Shown in pieces: positions 39,001 through 51,834 of a stretch of DNA of 64,000 bases. The translations under genes were made by a program, and so were the position numbers. A model generated the notes under the pieces. The model ran no database searches, was not told where the DNA came from, and saw nothing but the letters and a program-made list of their open reading frames with translations. Each line of letters opens with the position of its first letter. Position 1 is the first letter of the stretch. The stretch spans positions 146,568,001-146,632,000 of the forward strand of contig OX597815.1 in the NCBI GenBank assembly GCA_951406725.2, given 5' to 3'. The stretch comes from Octopus vulgaris (taxonomy: Eukaryota).

Positions 39001-41050
39001 AAGCTAAATGGATGTGATAGTGATATGTAGTTTTACTCGCAAAGATTTATCAGGATATAGAGCCCATTAATTTTCGAATATATGTCTTCAGTACTATTGC
39101 CTCACATTCTATGTATGATAAGGCAAATTAGACTCAGAATCAAAGAACACTTTTGTCGTGTGAAGCAAAATTCCTTTTATTATCATCCAGCTTCTTGAGA
39201 TAGAGTTAACGTGTACTTTTACAGCATAAGATATGTCCAAAACCTAGAAGTAAATGACAAGGCAAAAGAAATACAGAGAAAGGTAGCAGGAGAGTGGAGG
39301 AGATTCGGAGACGTCGTAAAAGCTTCTTATTTTCTTGTAGGCAAATTGTGTAAATAGAATAAGTTAATTCTTACTTCTAATTATTGTGAGAGTTATTAGC
39401 TACATAATCAATATGTTCATTTTGATTTCGGGACTGCTATTAAAATGATAATAATTGAATTTTATAACTGTTTTGATTCATTTCCTTTTATATGTTGTAT
39501 CAATAAAATACTATGAAAGTATCAATATTGAAATTAGCTTGTTTCGTTTCTCTTCCTTTATGTATGCATCTTTATTAAAATATGTAACCAATATACGTAT
39601 GTGCATATATACACCCATACATATATAATCTCAGGTGCACACACTCATGCAAACATACACATATACTTCTGAAAATTTAACGCACTTATGGTCTGTGAAG
39701 CGAAAATCAATCGCCAACCCAGATGAGGATTGAGAGGTTCTAACATTTGTAACAAAAGTCTCTCTTCTCAGATAAATGCCAAGCAGAATCAAAACAGTTT
39801 GTATTGTATATAGGAAAACAGAGGCAATGACTCTTTCATAAGTAGTAAACATATGTTGTTACTGGTGACGATGTTCTATTATATATTATCATTGTTTTGC
39901 TTCATTTAACCTTGAAGGTTCAATAAAACCAAAGTTGAATAAAACCACTCGACTATATATAGTCAACTTCCGAAGATCTCAGAATGGCTTTCTTTTCTTA
40001 GGGTCACGTTTAAATTTTATAAGTTCATTGCGGTCTTCTTCGGAATGGTTGGAAACTTAGGAAATATTATTTTTCTTGATGGTACCATATGAATTGCATT
40101 TTCCCCTTATTCCCACAGGAATATGATCTACTTTTTCAGATGAGATTTAATAGATTTACTTTGTTTACACCTCAGTTCAATAGCGTGTTTTTGCCCAAAA
40201 TATAATTCTTCATTGAGTAGATGCTTTTGGAACATGCTCCCTTTAATACAAATATATGACATACCAGACAAACGTAGCTACATTCCAAGTGTCCTATGTT
40301 TACAATGTTTGATAACTTAAAAACTATAACATGTCTCCTACAATATCCCCAAGAAATAAAAAGGAACTCGAAGATAATGCTTCAGTTAACTCTCGCAAAC
40401 CCTACAACTATATAATAAATTTTGAACATGTTGATGTTTTGAAGTTACATAGCATGTAACAAAGAAAGCGTACATTTTGAAAATAAGCATTTATTTTCAC
40501 ATATGCTTTTTATGAGACCAAATGTTGTTTGTCTGCTTTGTGCTGTGTACCTCCTGAAGATCCCAATCATGTCTCGTCAATAACTCATTTTCCCTGATTA
40601 TAGCAAGAAAATATATGTCTAAATATATCCATAAAGTTAAGAGAGGCATATTAGCATATTCATGAAAATTTTATATAGCGTGTACTGTTTCGTGATCAAT
40701 TGTGAAATTTATAAAGGGAATGAAGGTTTAGGGGACATTCTTACCTAATACCCAAATCCAATTTAACTAATTTATTTTCAGCTATATTAATTGATGGGAT
40801 ACATTCAACGAGATACTTTTCAGAGTGGATGTAACTAATTTGTCTCCCTCTGATACGGCACGATATATATGTATATATATCACAAGTGTAATTTATATAA
40901 ACAGTGATACTAGGCTTCAAAAGTTTATCAGGAACCAGAAGCAATATATATGCATTTATATTCTTAGATTAGGATTTTATGACATTTTTACTTAAAGTGT
41001 TGTGAGTTCATAAACTGAAATATGGTCTTCGATTGAATAAAGTATTATTC

Positions 41051-41440
41051 TTTCAGTCATTTTCTGCGGCCATGCTTGAGCACCACCTGTAGTCGAATAA
41101 ACTAACTCCAGGACTTATTCTTTTTAAGCTTAGTACTTATTCTGTCGGTCTCTTTTGCCGAACTGCTAATTTTCGGGGACGTAAATACACCAACATCTGT
41201 TGTCAAACGATGGTAGTGGAGAGAAACACAGACACACAAACACACTCACATTCACACACACACACAGCACACAAACATATACAACAGGATCCTTTTAGTT
41301 TCTGTCTACCAAATCCTCCCACAAGGCTTTGGTCGGCCTGAGGCTTTAATAGAAGACACTTTCCCAAGGTGCCACGCAGTAGGATTGAACTCGGATCCAT
41401 GTGGTTGGGAAGCAAACTTCTTCCAACACAGCCACTCCTG
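41051..41440 (-). mobile_element. tRNA-derived SINE family A, near full length
   Basis: Minus-strand head caggagtggctgtgttgg...gagttcaatcct (A/B-box-like), then ccttggg.aagtgtctt; internal CA tract; matches 47970-48332. Confidence 0.88.
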
Positions 41441-41760
41441 AACTTATCTATGTATTTTGCAAATAAAAATGTTTTCAATGTTGAAAAAAAAAAGAAAGCC
41501 CTAAAATTGTTTGACTGTGCTACAGGTGTTTTGCAGTGGATTCTAAGCTGCAGGCATATGAGGTATTTGGCTTTGAGTGTGTTGACAGTCAATTGCCGTT
41601 CGCATTTGTATTTTATAGCCGTATTTCAAAATCTCCTGAAGATTGTTTCTATCAGGATAAAGCATGCCATGCGTTGATGATTAGAAATTCGGACTTACAT
41701 ATGCAAATATTACGTATGCAAATATTTTCACATTATTAACAACTTAATGTATCGTACAGG

Positions 41761-41876
41761 CTTGGGTTCAGTCCAACTGCACGGAAATTTGAGCAAGTAT
41801 CGTCTATTATAGCACTGAGCCGAGCAACATCTTGTGTGCGAATTTGGTTAACGGAAACAGTGAAGACACCCGTTCT

Positions 41877-41938
<62 letters not shown>

Positions 41939-41959
41939 GTGTGTTTATATGTCTATCTT

Positions 41960-42030
<71 letters not shown>

Positions 42031-42140
42031 GGAGGTTATCATTTCTCCATCTGTCGACAACCGGTGTTCGTTTATTTCCCTTACTGCATAATGTAGCGGT
42101 CCAGCAAAAGAGAACGTTATTATAAATACAAGACTTTAAG
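41761..42140 (+). mobile_element. SINE family A, diverged copy with expanded internal microsatellite
   Basis: gggttcagtccaactgc...gagcaagt...; gacaaccggtg...tagcggtccagcaaaagaga. Confidence 0.7.
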
Positions 42141-42740
42141 GAATTAGGTAGATGACTGATGTGTTTAACTAATACATGGAAATTGATGTCCCAGCACATA
42201 AAGATACAGTAGATATGCCCTTCACACGGGATCCCGATTGGCCTCCGCAGATAGCTGTGGAGGCCATAAGATTTCCCTTATGAGAAAGGCTTAAATGATT
42301 TGGGGAGGAGTCTCGAATATGGCCGGGTGGCCCTTACACGACTTACATGGCCTACATGAGTGAAGCATGGGAAATGGCGGGATATTGGAACTCAAGCGGC
42401 ATTGAAGATAATGATGGATATATCGATCAGTAGGAGGTGAAAACGCCTCGTTAGAGGGTTTGAAACCTCATCTTATTGTATTATTTGTAGTGGTTTATAA
42501 CCTCAATTGTGTGTTAAAAAGCATGTTAAGTAAGAGGTTTTAATGCCTCCTTCTTGTAAGAGGCTTGAAACCTCATATTGATTTTTAAAAAAAGAAAATA
42601 TGTTTTCGAGAAAAATCCAATCGGCGGGTGCTGGGTTTCGTCTCTCATTTATTCATTTTATTTCATTTTCATTCATTAATGTGTTTGTCCAGCCCGCAAA
42701 GCTACCCAATTTGTCTATATGACAAATTTTATGAAATAAT

Positions 42741-42883
42741 GTAGCTTGCTTACGAAACACCTTGTTCCGGGTTCAGTCCCACCGCGTGGGACCTTGGGCA
42801 AGTGTCTTCTACTGTAGCCTCGGGCCGACCAAAGCCTTGTGAGTGGATTTGGTAGACGGAAACTGTAGGAAGCCCATCGAATA

Positions 42884-42950
<67 letters not shown>

Positions 42951-43049
42951 ATATATGTCTGTGTGTCTGTGATTGTCCCCCCCGCAACATCGCTTGACAA
43001 CCGATGCTGGTGTGTTTACGTCTCCATAAATTAGCGGTTCGGTAAAGAG
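42741..43049 (+). mobile_element. tRNA-derived SINE family A
   Basis: gtagcttgcttac...ccgggttcagtcccaccgcgtgggaccttgggcaagtgtcttctac...cgcttgacaaccgatgctggtgtgtttacgt is the reverse complement of the 47970-48332 body. Confidence 0.88.
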
Positions 43050-43737
43050 TAAAAGAGATTTGAACTGTATTTCATGTGGTTTAAATTATGTGGTTAAAAT
43101 GATTCTGGAGAGCTAGTTGAAGGTCATGCACTAGCCTGGAAGATAATAAACTTATAGGTAGCCATGAAGACGTTCCTTCTTGCGTATGTCGTGATAGAAA
43201 ATTATGCGTGCAGCCTATGGTAACGCTAGAATGCTATAAAGCATCGAAGCCAGGCAGTTAAATGTTTTGCTCATACAGTGCAGAATCTGTGATAGTTAAT
43301 AAATATCGATCATTAGACCTCTGCTCAGCAGAACTTCTATGTCAATTCAATGAATAATTCATTACTGTAAAACAAACAAATTAGACTGCTGATTTCACCA
43401 CGAATAAAATGAAGAAATCTCTTGTTGATAGGAAGAAAAAAAAATACATGGTAATAGTTACGATCTTGGTATAGCAAATCAAAATATCAGGAATCGTAAC
43501 CCTGATCTTAATCGTGAAGTAAATATCAGGAATACTGTTTATTTACTTTAGTGTTTTGGCATCATTCTGTAGGTATCTACTCGAGAATTAGCCGGTAATC
43601 AGAAAAAGCATCAAGGCTGATATAAACATTATACGTTGAAGTTCACTTCATAAATAAAAACGTTTTAAGTTAAACCCAAAAATAAACACACGCAGGCGCA
43701 CCCGCCACTCATGTACTTTCATCTATCTATCTATCTG

Positions 43738-43835
<98 letters not shown>

Positions 43836-44015
43836 CTATACATATATATATATATATACATACATATACACATCTGTATATCCGTTTGTCTATCTATATA
43901 CATATATATACATACACACACATATATACATACCTGCGTACATACGCTTACATATATGTGAGTGTATGTATAACTATACATATGGAAGTGTGTGTATGTG
44001 TATATATAAATATAT

Positions 44016-44050
<35 letters not shown>

Positions 44051-45511
44051 CCGTAATTTAGTGTACTGGTGTAGAATATAGGTAGAATGGTATGCAGGAC
44101 TAAGAAATTATTACTTCAGCCAAGACGGTGAGAAGTCATTTTGTTTCACATTTAAATTCAAATTTTCTATCTCAGCGCTTTCAAGATAAAGCACGATCAA
44201 TATACTGGGTATTTTAGTCCAACGAATCAACTCCATCACTTATTTTTTTTTTTAGTTTCGTACGAATTATATCAATGTCTTTATTCGCAACCGCTCTATT
44301 CTGAAAAAAACAACACTCAAGCGGTGGTAGTGGACAAACACAAAAGACAAATACACCACATTGCAGGCTTATGAAGAGTACCTAGATGTGGAGTCGATTT
44401 ATTCGACTAAGTTCTTCACAACTCCATAAGAGACTATTCTTTCCTTGGTATTCACTGCCCTACGCGTCTTCAGATGGAACAATATATCTTTCGTTGGACT
44501 CACTACCTGAATAAAACGGTACGCATATAGAATACACACGCAGACCACAACGAGAAACACACACACACGCATATATAGATAAATATTTCCTCTTTGGCGG
44601 ACGATGAAGGTCGAAGCACATACATCTATAAATATAGTGTGTAAATATTGGTTTAAAATCCACTTGGGTAGAAAATATCGAAAGCATGCCATGGGATACG
44701 AACACCATTCTGTAAAATTGCCTTTTTCTATCTAAAGTCTTCTTTGAATCCAATATTTTCATGATACAAATTTTATCTACTTCGAGATTCACCGTTTCTA
44801 AAAAGAATTATTTCACATTCTCTAAAGTTTTTATATCTTACACACAAATATAATATATAAATGAATAAATATATATACACATAATATAAATGCACGATTA
44901 GGTATATAATTTTATAAGATCATGCATACACATGTATACGTTGCATGTGTATTTGTATAAATAGACGTATATATAATATCAGAATTAGGAAACCTCAAAT
45001 ATTGCAGCTCATAGACGAATTTTTGACAGAAATGCATATTTTGCAATCATATAATCAGTCTAAACTTTATGACAGGAATTAAAATACGAAATTATATTTG
45101 TTTAAACTTCATGGATTCTTCTCAGAGATGAAACAAGGAGGAAGAAAATTACAATAGGAAAGATAATACAATATACCACCAAGTTTATAAGTTTATATAT
45201 ATGTATGTGTATATAAACAGTAGGCATCTCGAGAATTGTAAAGACAGAAATAATCTAATGCATCACGTGATATTACAATTATGTCTGCAGACGACGTGTT
45301 GATAACGGCTTGAAGGTCTGCGATATATCTAAATATTTCAAGATTAATTTCTTATGGGTAGCTCTCACTTGATGGTAAACGCTAAATTGTATCTGGCATC
45401 GTAATATTGTTCAAATACTTTGTCAGATTGAATTATTCAACGTCGAGGACTTTAAAGGATATTTGATAAAAATCATTATCTAAATTAATCATTAGATATG
45501 ATATATGAAGA

Positions 45512-45593
<82 letters not shown>

Positions 45594-46932
45594 TGTATGT
45601 ATGTATGTATGTATGAAAATTTCAAAAGTGAATCTATTAAGAAGAGATGTTTCACCAAAGATGGATATCACGAGTATTATTTAATTTGATAAATATCTAA
45701 CAAAATGACGGTATATTTTATTGCTAGTAAGCATTTATATGAATTTACAAAGTTTATTTTTCAAATGTGAAATATTCAACCTACTTTGTATGTTCTATTT
45801 TTGCTTTAAAATGTTTCATACATAATTTGTATTATCTTCTAAAACAATCAAAGTGAACGCCATAAAAATGTTATACACACACACACACCTACTATGATGA
45901 AAGAGAAAGACAGAGAAAGAGACAAGAGGGAGAGAAATGATACGGCATAAGTATGTTGCGTATATATGGGATGATATTGTAATCACGTATATAAGAGGAG
46001 AATTAAGGACATAATACGAATAGTTATATTTCACCAAGAAACAACAAAGTACGTGGTAGAGGCGTGTAGGTGATCATTAAAGCTGGTACTAAAGCTCATG
46101 ATGCAAAAACAGATCCAATGACTGGTCATATCGATGCATCCGTTATCCCAAATTCTGTTTTACTAAGACGTAAATGAAGGAATCACCCGCGTGATAAATA
46201 AAGCTGTTGAATTGAAAGACTTTTTAAAGTCTCTTACATCAATAAATACGACTGTAGCCCGTTATGGAATATTGAATATAACGGAAGGGATTATCTACAA
46301 TAGAAAGATCATATTATAATCGTTACTTGCTCCCTCGTATTAAGTACTTTTTTCCCGAATGTTTATGAATAAATATATATGTGTGCGTGTATTGAATAAG
46401 AATGTACTCTGATATATCAAAAATCTATGGCTTATTAATATATGACTTAATAGTATTATTAATATAATAGTCTATCTGCGTCCTGTAAGGACCTAGAAAG
46501 TCCAAAGTTCAAGTTAGGACACAGCACACATGCTTAGACGAGTGGAGATGCTTATTACTAGAAGAAACCCCTACCTAAAGCTAATTTGTTTCACGAATCC
46601 TGTGATATTCAAGTGATACACACAGACACTCATATGTATACACATATATATTTGAGTGTGTTTTTATGTATTCGCGTATATATGTGTGAGCGTGTCGAAC
46701 AAGCATAAAGACATAATTCATCCTTTCAACTAAAGGCACAAGGCATAATTAATGACGATCTAACTCTTTGAACAGCATCATCTGAAGAAGGTTCGTGAAT
46801 GTGAGTTTGTTAATCTCTGACTAATATAGTCTAATACTGTCACAAAAGTTATGAATATTTATCTCTATTCTATAAACTGAGTTCTCTTTTATTTTCCTTT
46901 GTACATCTGCAGACATACAGAATTCAGCATGC

Positions 46933-46970
<38 letters not shown>

Positions 46971-47749
46971 GTGTGTGTGTGTGCATACGTGAATATGTGT
47001 ATTCGTGTGTCTGTGTGTCTGTGTATGTGCGTATTACAAATAATACGTTATAATCAGAAGTAATGTTACATCAAGAAGGGATGGACGAAAACATATCAAT
47101 TGAAAATGTGAACTTAATTCATTGGTGATATAAGTGAAAGCTTATTTTAGCGAGTGATTTAGTAGCATAGCTCTAATTACAGTGAAGTTTGTATATTGTA
47201 AAGATCTAAGTGGAATACAAGCTCTGCAAGAATTTAAAACAGTTTTCAGCAATTCTTTATTTAAGACTTCTACCGAATAATTGCTGTTACATCACGGAAC
47301 TATAATTAAATTCATATATATCATTTTGCAGATGAGCAAAAGTAAATACCTATTTGAATTATTGAAATAGTTATGTAATTTTAAAAATAAAATTTTAAGT
47401 TTCCCAGATATAAATCTACTTTATGAAATTCCAATAACAAATTGGAATCTGTCAGATATAAATATATGTTGAAGTTATCTCCAGTAGCGTATATGTTGTA
47501 TAGAGACCATTCTATCCACGTAAATTTTGAAATAAAATACAGAATTATATAGAAAGAAAATTAAATTTATTTTCCTTGAATATCAAAAGCAGATTTTTCT
47601 TGGAATAAAAATTGTGTGAAGGCTGTTTAAATTTAAGGGAATCTTTATGTAGTACTGTACAAATGCAAATCAAAGAGGTAAAATTAGGAAGGAATAATTA
47701 ATTATTCAAAAGTTTATGGAGGATAATTAATTATTTAAAGGTATGTAGA

Positions 47750-47785
47750 TATGTGCTCTATAATTTCAAAATTATAGAGCACATA
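47750..47785. repeat. Perfect 17-bp inverted repeat with a 2-nt spacer
   Basis: tatgtgctctataattt-ca-aaattatagagcacata. Confidence 0.95.
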
Positions 47786-47969
47786 AATTATAACGCGTTT
47801 TGCGTAAAATATCCATGTTCCCAGGTTTTCTCTATTTTGGTTAGGTTCCAACAAATCGAAATACCGTATAAATGGATGATCTAGGGATGACTTGGAAGAG
47901 TTATTGCATAATAGTAACTGAATAAAGAGTATGAGAAAAGTTGCCTAACGTAACTTTTATGTTTGTTAT

Positions 47970-48332
47970 TCTTTTTATTTGTTCCAGCCATTTGACTACG
48001 GTCATGCTGGAGCACCGAACAGAACTTATTCTTTGTTAGCCTAGTACTTATTCTATCGGTCTCTTTTGCTGAACCACTACGTTACGGTGACGTAAATACA
48101 CCAGCATCGGTTGTCAAGCGATGGTGGGCAGGGATAATCACACACACACACGCACACATATATATATATACGATGGGCTTTTTTCAGTTCCCTATACCAA
48201 ATCCATTCACAAGGCTGTGGTCGGCCCGAGGCTATAGTGGAAAACACTTGACCAAGGTGCGACGCAGTGGGAGTGAACCCAGAACCTTGTGATTGGTAAG
48301 CAAGCTACTTACTACACAGCCACTCCTGCGCC
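47970..48332 (-). mobile_element. tRNA-derived SINE family A, near full length
   Basis: Minus strand starts ggcgcaggagTGGCTGTGTAGtaag...GGTTCACTCCC (A/B-box-like); multi-copy within the window. Confidence 0.9.
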
Positions 48333-50534
48333 AAATAAATTTCAATTATTTTCGTATTTGAACCAGGTACAACACGTGAGGATGTTTTGTAGCTTTGTTC
48401 TTACAATCTTTTGTTAGAAAATATTCGGCAATTTGGAGATTCTTTCGCTTTCTTTCACCTTCTCTCTCTCTCTTCCTCTGATTCTCATAAATACACACAC
48501 TCACACACGCTTTCCTCGCACATATGCCCTACTAATAAAATCAAATTTTATCTGATTCTGAGAATCGCGCGCGCACACACACACACACACATGTATATAT
48601 ATATATATATATATATATATGCAGGTGCATATACAGACACATATATATACACGCAGAGAGAGCGAGAGAGAGGGGGAGAGGAAGAAAGAGAAGTAGACAA
48701 ATAGATAGATAGTTAGACAGGTAGATAAATAGATAGAGAGATGAACTGACGGAATCTTTGATGAATGCTTGTGTGTATATAACTGTGAATGGAATTGTTT
48801 ATAGGTCAGAAAGACAGATAATCATTTCATAATATTCATCCTCAGTATACTTTGTGAATTAATGAGATTCAGTTTACAGTTATAAGTGTAACATTTACGA
48901 AACAAATAAGTCACAAGTGATACAACGATGTGTGACATTGTACTTAATTAAAAATAAGCTGGTGGTCTATTGAATTCACGTCCACTGAAATTGGTTTAGA
49001 TTTATATGAAGATTTTGTTGTGAATTAATCAAAAGTCATAATTGATACAATTGTTAAATGATTTCATTAGCAAATTAGTGCAAAATAGCAATTATTCTTA
49101 ATAGAGAAATTGTAAGAGCATGCTGGTATATTTTGTAATACCTTTCTTTAGCCGCAAAGTATATCCCAATATGTATTTGTTGGTTGCTCGCGGAAAACAA
49201 TACACTTTAAATGCTCTTACCTGGAAATAAAAGAAAGAAAAACAATCATTGTCTATATTTTAAATGACATTTAACTGAAATTTAGATATTAATATTAGCC
49301 AATTTCATGCATGGAGCATGTAATTTTGAAGTATATGCATTTTTGGAAGTTGCCTGTTTGGAAATGACTGTAAGTTCTGAAGTATACACTGGAACGTTTA
49401 TGTAAGTTAGTTTTTTTGTGAAGAATATCAAATGTATGATGTAAATAAATTATAGCGGACAAATGAAACCTTAAACGTTGGGTTAAGAATAACAGAAATT
49501 GAGCGATATTATCTATGCAGTTATCCATATGATCACGATTTATTAACTATCGACATTAAAACGTTATACGCGTCTTAAAAACTCTATATACATTGCTCAT
49601 TCATCATCATTCTTTGTTAAGAGTTTTTCCGGTCTTACTAAATATGTGTTTGAGTGGGTGTGTTGGTTGAACTCTCGATGCTTACACCCATGTGCGTGCA
49701 TTTATTCACGTAAGAATCTCAAATGGAGATGTATGTATGTATGTATGTAGGTATTTATATATGTATGTACGTATACACGTATGACGAATACCGTCTGAGG
49801 AAAGAATAGCTTATTGTTATCTCAGACCTCTCTTTGTTTAAAATATATCCGGGATTGCCCGATATTTGAGAGATTCGATTTAGATTACATAGAACGTTAC
49901 ATTCCAGTGTAGCTCCAGACAGTGTGCTTTCTGTATATTATTATAAATACTCAATTGTAAGGTTTTAATATTTTAAAACATTTCTGTTTTATATATTCAG
50001 CAATATAAAAGATATGAAGTTTTAAATAAAGAAAAAAGCAAATGCGAAAAATATTCATGCAAGGATGTTATTCATACCCAAATGATATGCTTGTTCTATA
50101 ATAAGAGTTTCATGAGTAATGCGTAAACGTACCATATTCAAAAGGAAGAAAATATATTTTCGTTAGGAATATTAAATTCCTTTTACTAATACAGATTCAA
50201 GTTTGTAAAAATAGATAACTACTGTATTTTTAATGGAAATATTTTATCGGTTTTTACATTAATTTTTTATAGATTCCAAAATTATTGGCTTCTACACGCA
50301 TTGATGTTATGATATCGACTTGCGCCATAGGAATGTGTTGAGATTACTCTTTCGACTTCTGTTTCCTGTTAACTTCAGGGTAAATAAATAGCCTAATTGA
50401 ATATTATGCATGTATCTACATCACGTTTAAGTATCTAGAGGAATAGGTCTATAATTTAAAGAACCTAGGAATCTAGTTTAGCTCTAAACATTTTTTAGTC
50501 ATTAGCATTTCTTTATAAAATATTTGGAGGATGT

Positions 50535-50680
50535 GGGTAAGTCGATTACATCGACCCCAGTGATCAACCAATACTTGTTTTATCGACCGCGGAAGAATGA
50601 AAGCTAAAGTTGGCTTTGACAGAATTTGAATGCACAATTTAAAGACGGCGCGGCAAAAATTCTCACAGCTCGCCGATTTA
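50535..50680 (-). mobile_element. SINE family B, partial
   Basis: agtcgattacatcgaccccagtg.tcaac...tttatcgacc.cg.aa.gatgaaag...aatttgaa matches family B. Confidence 0.7.
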
Positions 50681-50894
50681 GCAGCAGATAAAATACTGTA
50701 CACCCTTTTGATTCGCTTCATTGAATTCATAGGTGAGTCCTCTCTTAAAACAAGTTTAACTTTCATCATTTGAAAGAAGATGAAATAAATTCTAGCCAAG
50801 TATTGTGCTTGATATAAAACACTAAGTACTAAAGTTGCTAAGAGTTTCTGTGTTTACGACAAGATAGAAAATACCCTTAGCGATCCGCTACCTT

Positions 50895-51346
50895 TAAAAG
50901 GAGGCCGAAAGTAATTTTAACACACGTTATCACATTCACCGAGTTGCATTATATTTCCTAGGTCCTGCCGGAGAACAGAAATATCATTCTTTGTTTCGAT
51001 GATATCTAACCTCACTTTAATGGAATGCTTATAGCTGATGATTCAGTTCTATTTTACATTTTGATCAATGTCTAATGTACTACACTCGTCAATGGGTGAT
51101 AAAATTTAACTTCTGTTTCTTAAAAGGAGGCCGAAAGTAATTTTAACACACGTTATCACATTCACCGAGTTGCATTATATTTCCTAGGTCCTGCCGGAGA
51201 ACAGAAATATCATTCTTTGTTTCGATGATATCTAACCTCACTTTAATGGAATGCTTATAGCTGATGATTCAGTTCTATTTTACATTTTGATCAATGTCTA
51301 ATGTACTACACTCGTCAATGGGTGATAAAATTTAACTTCTGTTTCT
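50895..51346. repeat. Exact 226-bp head-to-tail tandem duplication
   Basis: 50895-51120 equals 51121-51346 by eye; TTAAA microhomology at all three boundaries. Confidence 0.95.
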
Positions 51347-51773
51347 TAAAGAACGCGATTTTCCAGTTTCTGACGTCACCGTCTTGAAATTTTTTGTAAA
51401 GTTAGTCCTTAATCCAGGTACCATAATTAATCTTCAGAATTTGATTGCATTGTGAAGAAACTCTGTCAAACCGTTCCTTTTAACGCTTCAGATGGACTAT
51501 ATAGCTTATAAATATTCTGCATACGATTTTAAGACATTTAAGTCACTGGTACATGTCCGCAAAAATTTGTGTGCATGGTCCAATCATCATTATGAGCACG
51601 TTTTCTTGTTTCTTTCACATAAGCATTTGTATAAATATGATCGATTTCTCTCTCTCTCTTCCACTTTTCCTTTCTTTCTCTCTCTTTCTCTCTCTTACAC
51701 ATACACACACTCACACACACTGTCTCTCTCTCTCCCTCTCTTTGTAAAACTACATTCATGTATACACATATAC

Positions 51774-51834
<61 letters not shown>

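Noticed and set aside
42434-42574. CRISPR-like repeat-spacer array
   Set aside because: Repeats are 15-16 nt and degenerate, spacers irregular, the context is eukaryotic and there are no cas genes. Kept only as an unexplained palindrome cluster.
48250-48332. tRNA gene
   Set aside because: The A/B boxes belong to a multi-copy SINE head; no complete cloverleaf is evident.
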